DNA of 59,378 bases, filler included, from Sphacelaria rigidula (lineage: Eukaryota), in NCBI GenBank assembly GCA_964200075.2. It is 4 parts of 4 records of this genome, joined end to end, with 100 filler letters (N's around TTAATTAATTAA, not from the genome) between each part and the next. Parts side by side here need not be neighbours in the genome. Positions count along the whole stretch, not along the records: positions 44,612 to 59,378 come from CAXNAA020002059.1; 3 more parts are not named here. The stretch is one strand, 5' to 3'. Both the position numbers and the translations under genes were made by a program. Under the pieces are notes generated by a model, which worked only from the letters and a program-made list of their open reading frames with translations, searched no databases and had not been told where the DNA came from. Positions 50,299 to 59,378 of this stretch are shown one piece after another; position 1 is the first letter of the stretch, and every line of letters begins with the position of its first letter.

Positions 50299-53200
50299 TA
50301 CACCCTGGACAATACACTACGCTTCCGATATATATCAGTCGATCATATTGGAATACCGCGATATATTGCCGGCGTAATATATATATATATATATTGGATC
50401 CCGTGGACTGCGCACGTATTGCGCACCCAATATATATTGGTGTCGTGGGACTGCAAACGTATTGCCCGCCCCATATCTATTGGTACCGTGGGATTGTACA
50501 CATATTTTCCCATCAACATATATTGGGGTGGTGTGGGCGAAGACATGTTGCGCGACCAATATCTATTAGAGTCGCATTGGTGGGAACATATTGACCGTTC
50601 AATATGTATTGGGTCCGCGTGGGTGCCAGTATATTGGTCGGTCAATATATATTAGGCCCGTAAGGGTGCGAATATATTGCCCGGTCAGGACGTCAGTACA
50701 AGTACATATTGTACACTGGGGTAGTTTGTGTTTGACCACCTTTTATGCCAGTCAACAATCTCGAATTTTTCGAACATCAGGGAAAAACAAACCGGGGAAC
50801 GTATTCTCGTGGGCCCCGATTTGGACCAAATCGGGGGAGAAAAATTCGGGGTGTAACGATTTTCTCCCATTTTTTGCGAAAAATCGGGGGAAAGCTGAGA
50901 TCCCCCCGATCTCGATGAGGTAACGTACGTACACTGACGTACAATGGTAGGGTTTCGAGGCGTGTGACATTTTTGCAATAGCAGCAGAAGTCTCGTGACA
51001 GCGCAGGGCGTGCCTGCTCGCGCCAGCTGCTGAAGCAGCCTTGCACGGGGTTTGACTAGCGGATAAGTGTTAACGCCGTACCCGGCGGCGATGGTGATGT
51101 CTTATGCTGCAATACCTCGTCATGTGTATCACCATAACGAACGGTACTGTGCCATCATAGTCTGTTGTCGCTGAACTTGCAGGGTGATGTATGGCATTGC
51201 ACTACTGAACTCTTCTCGCGCACTGCTTGTTCACTGTTCTCGCAATACCGACTGTGCCATCATGGATCACCACACGGCATTACCATGCACTGTAATAATG
51301 GAGTGTTCTGGACCGTAGTACCCTAAGGTACCACGGGACGACACTGTACTCGGAGGATTATTCACCACCTACCTCCTCTTCGGCTTCAAGAGTACGCGAG
51401 ACAGACAGTACCACTCTAATAATGCAGAAAGAGGCTGTACAGAGCTATTTCACAAATCTGCGATACGGTGAAACGGTGGCCCTGATTTTGAGCTCGCGAA
51501 TTTGAGATTCGTTACCATAAAAGATTATTTCAACACACCACCTACCCAGTATACATTGGGTGGTCGCGTTGATGTCGGGTATGTGTTCCACCGAACCATA
51601 TTTTTCAAGTAATATACTCCACCCCGTCCTGAAAGTCATGCCGTCCAACGAATCTCTCATTCATTCTAATTCAACAAGTGAATCACTCAATATTTGTTTT
51701 GGCAAGCAGGGTGATTATAAGAGAGCCATTTCGAATCAGTCCGAGAAGAAAAACGCAGGCGAAAGTGTTGCGTCGTCCCGTCGTCCCTCCGGGATACCTC
51801 GGAGTAATTGTTTGAGGAAAAGCGATCTGATTCATTAGTCACCTGACCATTTGGCTGCAAGGTTACGTTGGTGGATGAATCGGCATCACTTTTGCTTGAA
51901 ACAATGCCGGGATATTTCGGAGAAATATTTTGAGGAAAAGTGATCCGATTCATTAGTCGCCTGACCCTTTGGCTGTGAGGTTTTTACGCTGGCTAATGAA
52001 TCGGCATCACTTTTACTTGAACCAATGCCGTGTCCCAGAGACAGCAAACAAACCACGAACGTCGGGGGTATTTCATACTCAAAGTTTCGGTATTCTTTCC
52101 TGTATTTTACATTTTGAATATACCGGGGGCCTCAAGTTTGATATGCCTCTGTTGTGTACGAGCTAGTCACTTCTCAGGGTATGTACTATTTTGTGGCAGT
52201 AAGCTGCAAAAAGGGTGGATGGCGGGTGCCAGCTGCCCACGGAAAATTTTCGTCTGTGGCTCTCAGCTGTCCACGGGAAAACATGTATTTGTGGCTCTCT
52301 GTCCCTGTGCATACTACCCGCACACCACCCCCCTCTCTCCACCGCATAACGAAGAAGCAAGGCGACCGTTGGCATAAAAATACAGCATTCAAAAAAAGTA
52401 TCAGGTGGACGCATTTTCCCTTTAAAGCTAGTCGGCCGACCGCCAGTGGCGAGTACTGAATGGTGGTGACAAAGTCAGACGATGGGTGCAGTTGTGGGAT
52501 CTCGCAGGGGTCGAGGAACGATGACTGTGCCGTCTTGCCGCGTCGATGGGTTGCGGCAGCAACCCGTGTACCCGACAAGACGGCGATCGCCAACATCGAT
52601 GTTCTGCAAGGAAATCGGCTCTGCAAAGTCCCGCCAACCCCAAAGGCGATGCGATATTTCAAGTGCGGTGTACGCTTAAAAAATAGTCCTGACGCCATGG
52701 ATGCCGGAGCCCGGGCGGATAGGGAAAAGCTTGCATGAAAGGAAGCCGCAGAAGTTCTCGTCCGTGGCTATACGAAGAGTCGTCGAAATTTTTTTATATA
52801 CCTATTGGCCGGAAAAGATGGTGACAGAAAAGGCGACCCAGTATAAATGCGTTCTGATACCTATCTGGCCAGTGGTGCCGTGTCGCCCATACTCGTCACA
52901 GTACGTAACATATCTTGGCTAAAGTGTACGACGGCAGAAAACGTGGGTCGATATGCGCCTTTTGATACCCCTCTGGTTACTGGTGCTGTGTTGCTCATAC
53001 CCTGGACAATACAAAATGTTCCAATATGATATCAATACTTTATATTGAAGACAGTGCGAATACTGGTCTTTTGATGGATATCATGTTCAAATGCCCGCGG
53101 CAATATATATGTGTCGTCTCATGATCGCAAAGTAGTGCATGGCAATATATATATTGGGCACGTTTTTGCTCCGGGGATAGAACATTCAATATATATATTG

Positions 53201-53960
53201 TGCATGTCGGCCGTGTATATGTTGAAGTATCAATACATATATTGAGTCGAAGCGATGCGTAGCATATATTGTTGTCACAATATATATTGAGCAAAAAAAC
53301 ATGCAAGAGTATTATTGTTTTTCCAATATGTATTGCACCCGCTCATCGTATAGCTACTGTGCAGCCAATATATATTTGACACGCTCGCGGAGGACTACAG
53401 TATATTGAGCGTTTCCGGCATCTGGTGATATATATGTCAATAGCGCCTGCGAACATGAAACTGCCCACTATACTAATTCCTGTACACTTTCCAATGTACG
53501 TATTGAATCACCAATATATATCGCTACACCAACATGTATTGTGACGGTCGGCTCCCTCGTGTATTGTTCGCCCAATATATATTGGAGGCATTGACGCACG
53601 ACATATAGTGGCGGCAATATGTATTGGCGCTTCGGGTGTTGAGTATATTGAATCGTCAACATATATTGACCTCGTGTGACAGCCAATATATAACTCGATA
53701 TATATATATATATATATATTGGTACCTTGCCGCACCAACATATTACTCGGCCAATAAATATTGAGGTGGCGCGTGTCGGGATATATTGTTCGGTCGATAT
53801 AATATATTACACATCGCGAGCCTTGACATATTGATGACAAATATATATTGACTCGTCTCTCTTGACATCATATTGCTCGCCCAATATAAATTGACCACCC
53901 GACGCGTCGACATATTGAGCGAGCAATATATATATTACATGTTGTATTGTCCAGGGTGTG
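50299..53960. mobile_element. 3.66-kb non-autonomous TIR transposon (8-bp TSD) with an internal extra left end at 52996
   Basis: TIRs TACACCCTGGACAATACA / TGTATTGTCCAGGGTGTG; perfect TSD AAATATTT at 50291-50298 and 53961-53968; subterminal CAATATAT/ATATATTG arrays. Confidence 0.9.
51811..52031. repeat. ~118-bp imperfect tandem duplication
   Basis: GAGGAAAAG.GATC.GATTCATTAGTC...ATGAATCGGCATCACTTTT.CTTGAA.CAATGCCG occurs twice. Confidence 0.85.
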
Positions 53961-54722
53961 AAATATTTCGATATCTTACAATGAGTTGCACAAGGATGTA
54001 CGTTATCACCCACTCTATTCAAGGTGTTTATTAATGACCTGATAATAATAGCAATAGAAGCAGCAAAGCAAGGAGTCAAGGTTGGTGAAGATATGGTACC
54101 AGGATTGATGTTTGCGGATGATTTTGTGGGGATTTCAGAATCACCAGAAAGATTACAGCAACAGATAGGTAATGCGACATAAAAATAAAGCACTAGGAAA
54201 TGGAGAGTGACAGCGAACGCTAACAAATACGCGCTACTCGTCTGTAACAGAGATTAGAAAAATCCGGTAGATTTCAAATGGAAGTGGAGAGAAGAGGGAC
54301 TACCGATCGTAGACCAGTATACATACCTTGGCGTAAAAATATTAAAAAAAAAACTGTAAGTGGGATGCACACATAAATAAAGTAATACAAATGGGTAAGG
54401 CACAGATAGGCAGGATGGGCGCGATCGTCAGAGACTTGCACCTAGACAATGGGATTAAGAGATGTATCCTGATCAACGTGATTGTACCAAAGCTGGAATG
54501 TGCGGGAGAAGTATGGGAGGGTAACGTTGAGTAGGTGAAGAAGTTGGAAACAGAACAGACGGCAGCAGCTAAGAAAATGCTCGGATGCTCGAAAATGACG
54601 AGTAATACAGCATTGAGAGCAGAGCTGGGAATGTACTCACTTGAGACTAACAGAGGTATGGGCAATTATGATGGCAATATAGCTTAAGGAACATGCAGAG
54701 AAAGAAGTTTCCTGCTATAGTT

Positions 54723-57112
54723 GAGTCATTCTACGATAGGGGGGGGGGGGTATTTTCAGGGTTCTTGACGTTACACGATACACGTTACGTCACAAATGTG
54801 ACGTATGAAACATTATACGTTACGTCACGTCACGCTTCGTGACGTCTCAAAATTCATACGTTACGTCACGTCACATTTTTTACCGGTACGTCACGTTACG
54901 TCACACTTGTGACGTTTTGAAAAGTTATACGTTACGTCACGTCACAGTAACGTATTTTGAAACGTGTATTGTGACGTGTAACGAATGATATACGTCACGT
55001 TTGTGACTCGTAACGTGAAATAACCCGTCAAACTTCGACCGTGTTGAGGGCAAATGAACGCCACGTACGACGTTGCAACGTTTCATGTACCGTAGCTTGG
55101 AACGGGAGGTTCACGGTGGCTGCCTTGTTCGAGCATGAGGCGCGTTCTGATCGCTATTTTGACATGTAAGAATGGTTTTCAGCTGGTGTATCGCTCACGC
55201 GTCTCTGACTCACAAGTTGCAATTTCAAAGAAATAAATGAGTAGTACGTTATTGATGTTCGACAATCAGATAGTGAGATACCAAGATGCGCGCAGGCCAT
55301 GATGAACACATACGAACGCAAGTATGTACAGATCATACGTTGGTGATACCTGGTAGTTGGTTGGCATTTCGTAGAACAACCAACGCATAGCAACCCGATT
55401 CTGTATTGTTGTAGGTGATTGCGCGCTCAGCAGGGCATGTATGCAGAAGATCTGTATTTCTATGTATAAACATATAAATAATACACATGAATCGATGATC
55501 CGATACAAATCCAGCCGCGTTCGCAGGGCAGACATCATGAAGGTAGAAACACATGATGACTCATCGTTACGGTATCCTCGGCCGCGCTCATCGTTACGTA
55601 TACGTCGCACGGCTGCAGTCAAAGCTTATGCTTCGGAGCACAGCCGTGTGGACATACACTCGTAAGCAGTATGTGGGATTTGTATACAGCGAAAGATATT
55701 GAAGAATTATATTCTTCAGCCCAATTGATACATGAATCGGGGAGCAAGAAGATGAATTTTCAACAATTTTTGCTGCATCTCGAATCTCATCCGCTGATTA
55801 CGGTGCAGTATGTGGGACTTGCACAGCTGAGGCTGTTCGCAATAAGTTCTCTTTTTGCCAATTTCTGGATGAATTGGCGGGCAAAGTGAGGATGTATATC
55901 AAGCAGCTTCTCCAGTCCACGTTCCAAATCTAAAAGTGTGTATGGCGTTTGTACAGCAGAAGAACCTGTTCGAAATAAATCCTCTTTTTGCCCGATTGCC
56001 CGATTGGAAATCGCGCAAAATATATATATTTATTCCGAACAGCTTCTCTGACAAAAGTAATTCTACAGATCTTGTAACAAAATAGTTTGGAATCTTCAAA
56101 TTGGGAGCGCCTCTCCGGAGGGTTGCTCACAAGGTTGCTTACAGTGTGTCGAGGAAAATGCTATACAAAATACTGGTAGAGGGACTACGGTCTGCAAATG
56201 CCGTACAGGAGTTCTCACATAGACTGTGAAGAACCCTGTGCAGCGCGTCCTACCGGGTGCTATCTTTCCACGTGTGTCGCTCCCGCCCCGTCTGTGCTAT
56301 CGAAGTTGGAGTTTTGAAATTCGGAAATTCGGAAGTAGGGCTTTCGGATTCCGATATTCGTTTGTTCTATGGTTGGATGTGGTGTGACGGTGCATGCTGC
56401 CGTGGCGCTAAGCTTGCGCTTGCATCGCGTGCGTATTATGATGACGTGTATACACACTCTTCTTGAACCCATGTATCATATCATGCGAGTATCACATATG
56501 CTAATCTCACACTAATTGCGGTACAAGTTGAGCGTGTGACGGTTGTGACGTTCATTCAGACGTATATCACAAACGTATAATGTGATAACGTGTAATGTTT
56601 ATGGTGACGTTTGACGTATAAAATACGTTGCACCTTACAGGAAACGTTTCAAAATACGTTAATGTGACGTATAACAGAAAATGTCACGTCACGTCACATT
56701 TGTGACGTCTTGAAAAATAGTACGTTACGTTACGTCACGTCACATTTTTTCACCGGTACGTTACGTCACATCACATTCGTGACGTATTCGAAAAACACAC
56801 GGTACGTTACGTCACACCCTTGATACGTAACGTTTGTGACTTGTGACGTACGTGCGACGTATACCGCGAAGAGCCCTGGGTACTTTGGGCCATTTCTTCC
56901 ACGAAATTCCGAGTCAACTTGTCGTTGAAAGCAGCGACGGTTGCTCGAACAAGCTTGTTAGAGTCTAAAGATAAGTAACGCTCATTCCTGCCGATTGACA
57001 TCCTTTTGAACCAAATAAATGCGCACCGGGAGTGTGTCAGGTTGTTTGACACACTTATAAGCCTCTTTCTTCGTGCCATCAAATACCCCGCTCCCTATCG
57101 TTAGGATGACTC
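54723..57112. mobile_element. ~260-bp Sola-like MITE split by a nested hAT element
   Basis: TIRs GAGTCATTCTACGATAGGG...TATTT / AAATACCCCGCTCCCTATCGTTAGGATGACTC; 4-bp TSD AGTT at 54719-54722 and 57113-57116. Confidence 0.88.
54757..56878. mobile_element. 2.1-kb non-autonomous hAT element with ACGTCA/TGACGT subterminal arrays
   Basis: TIRs CAGGGTTCTT / AAGAGCCCTG; 8-bp TSD GGTATTTT / GGTACTTT; dense GTTACGTCAC repeats in both arms. Confidence 0.88.
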
Positions 57113-58698
57113 AGTTGATGAGGCTGTATGGAAGAAAATTACCAAAGGGCGGGCTGAAATAGGGTGGGATACAGAAGTCGAGAAGGTATGGAAGGAGATA
57201 GGAGGGAACCGAAATGGAATACTGTCTACAGGTGAACGCGCGGGGTACAAGACAAAAGTAAAAGACATGATAGAAATACGGGAAAAAGGAGCGCTCAGAC
57301 GCAAAGCAGACGAGGAAGAAGATCTGGAGGTATACGGGGGGTTGAGAGAGGGGACAGGGATGAGAACATATTTGCATAGCCCAATGGACGCGGCGAAACA
57401 TCCGATACTGCGATTTCGGGTGGGGAACCTGGACCTACCAGAGAAAAAAAAAGAGATTTATCGGTAGTCGAGAGGAGGAGGAAGTAGATATACAGAATTG
57501 CCCTTGTGGCAAAGCAATAGAGAGCAAAAGTCATATAGCGGCAGAATGTGAACTATACAAGGAGGGACGGGACATGCTGGAGGAGGAAATGCGGGCGCGA
57601 ACGAATGTGGCAGGGAATCGTTTGATGCACTAAACACTAGGGAAAGCACGATGACTGTACTAGGAGATAGATGGTGGTCACAGACAGCGAAACAGGACGG
57701 GGATGAGATGTGTGAGAGGTTTTGCGTACCGTATCGAAAAAACGTAATGAGCACCGGCATGTTGGAAGTGTCTCTATGAAGAATAGGGACCGGTGCTCCG
57801 TCTCGAAAGAGATGCGCAGTCCAATGATCACACGACTAATGGAAGCAACGAATGAGTACGCCCCCTCCCGTCCACCCCATCAAAACAAATTCCACAGTAC
57901 TTGCTCCCTTGCTCGGTTTTGCCGACGATCAAACTGTCGCATTTTCCGCACTCCCCGATGCGCCTTCTGGCCATCTCATGAGTCTACATCTGGAGAGAGA
58001 GCACTACGATGGGCGAATATTCGATATTTGGCGATCATCACACTTTTGTACACGCAACTAACCGTAATCCATAAAGGTCACACCACCAACACCAACACCA
58101 CCATCAACAACACGAACGAAATGCAGTAGCATAACACAGCCTTCAGCTGTCGAGGCCAGATGCTGCGAGCGGGTCTCCCCCCGTTCCCTGTCGCCAAGTC
58201 AGATATACCGCTTGGTACATGCTTCTGCTGTCGGAATACACGGGCATCGAAAACTGCCGATATGATCTTGCTGAGTATCTACATTGCAATAACCACTGTA
58301 AGTATCTCATGCGAACACTTGGCGTTTAGGCCACTCGTCTCCGTGCATTCGACACATATCATGGCCAACCAGGCAGGTTATGTCGAGAGTCCACCCCATC
58401 TTCTTCTCTCCTCAGAAGTCATACTTGGGGTGGCATCCGCCAGTTGGCACAGCCCCTAACTCATCTCCATCCCTGCGCTTGCCCCCGTTGTTCTGATGAT
58501 TTCCCATGAAACTCTGCGAGCCGCAAAATTCCATCGACCACCTGCAATAGCTCTGCCGCTGTACTCGCGGCGTTTGACGTACGTAGGCCTTACTGCAATG
58601 CAGATACGAACACCTGGTGTCTTCATAGATGAGATACAAGTAACCCCCTCTTCAAAGTCTTTGCACAATCGCACACTCTGTGGTAAACGTTGTACGTT

Positions 58699-59378
58699 GT
58701 TTCGAAAAATACTCAACATAGCGATAGTAATAGTAAGTGTTATCGTAGAAGGCTTTCCCGTAGCTCCCCTCATGTTCGATCCCTGGTACCCTCCGACCTC
58801 CCTCTCTCTAAATCTCCGGATCTACCGTACATCAAGTACAAAAAGGGGTGGGGGACAATACCCTCCCTCCATCCCCTCGCCTCCGGCCCCGCACATACAC
58901 ATCCAACCACGATTTCCCGTCGGAGAAAAAAAGACAACGCGCTTTGCCGGAGGACCCCACATATCGGCGAGTGGATAGCCCCAGCCGACGGTGACTACAA
59001 GGGAAACGGGGAGACAGGGCGATATAGAGAAGCTCATTGAGGCCGCCCGCGGAAGTGAAGAGGAGAGCAGAAAGAGGAAGGGGGGCGGATCGAGGAAGAA
59101 ATGAGAGACTAAGGCGGGTCACAGGAGCAGAGGCCGCAGCCAGAGGAGAGACCCGACGGGCCCCGACGGCCCTTTCCGGCCGAGGGCCTGTATGGGCCTC
59201 TGAACAGAGCTCTTGGGCCAGGCGATGAAACGGACAATCGGGTGTAGAAAGGTTTCGAAAAATACTCAACATAGCGATAGTAATAGTAAGTGTTATCGTA
59301 GAAGGCTTTCCCGTAGCTCCCCTCATGTTCGATCCCTGGTACCCTCCGACCTCCCTCTCTCTAAATCTCCGGATCTAC
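58699..59378. repeat. direct repeat, 553-bp period, identical as far as the window end
   Basis: 58699-58825 equals 59252-59378 (GTTTCGAAAAATACTCAAC...CCGGATCTAC). Confidence 0.92.

Larger units (their letters stand above)
47500..57830 (+). mobile_element. near full-length degenerate APE-type LINE interrupted by DNA transposons
   Basis: Endonuclease LRIGSWNV, G.FN.RVG and TDH; RT AGFRPNRSC, QGCTLSPTLF and LMFADD; C-terminal CPCG...SH. The LINE sequence resumes exactly after the insertions at 50299-53960 and 54723-57112. The 5' boundary is approximate. Confidence 0.92.

Noticed and set aside
54757-55030. CRISPR-like array of GTTACGTCAC repeats (likewise the ATATATTG arrays at 50330-50710 and 53020-53940)
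   Set aside because: Short, irregularly spaced, present in both orientations, inside TIR elements and with no cas genes; these are subterminal repeats.
55671-55889. Possible hAT transposase remnant (QYVGLAQLRLFAISS)
   Set aside because: Only vaguely resembles the hAT dimerisation domain; the ER.FS motif and catalytic residues are not visible.
58493-58522. Hammerhead-like CTGATGA...GAAA core (and a CTGAGGA...GACA variant on the minus strand near 58365-58415)
   Set aside because: Stem II is not formed or GAAA is mutated, and there is no NUH cleavage triplet after stem III.

Overview
Eukaryotic, repeat-rich DNA, most likely from a brown alga (Phaeophyceae). That call is an inference from the GT-AG multi-exon genes, a stramenopile-type tyrosinase exon and the repeat content. 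The window is not one locus: four contigs of near-equal, descending length (1-14771, 14872-29642, 29743-44511, 44612-59378) are joined by N-padded TTAATTAATTAA linkers. Contig 1 has three exons of an uncharacterised gene, one tyrosinase-like exon, a truncated LINE, a SINE and MITEs. Contig 2 has a multi-exon coiled-coil gene (-) head-to-head with a CID (RNA Pol II CTD-interacting domain) gene (+). Contig 3 consists of degenerate Ty3/gypsy sequence. On the minus strand it reads pol-extra ORF-PPT-LTR-PBS-gag, and it meets a second pol copy in the opposite orientation. The integrase carries a chromodomain plus a further Tudor/PWWP-like domain, followed by a splice-acceptor-led extra ORF; this is the most interesting signal in the window. 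Contig 4 has a near full-length degenerate LINE interrupted by nested DNA transposons with readable TIRs and TSDs, and ends in a perfect 553-bp-period repeat. All calls were made by eye, with no database searches.
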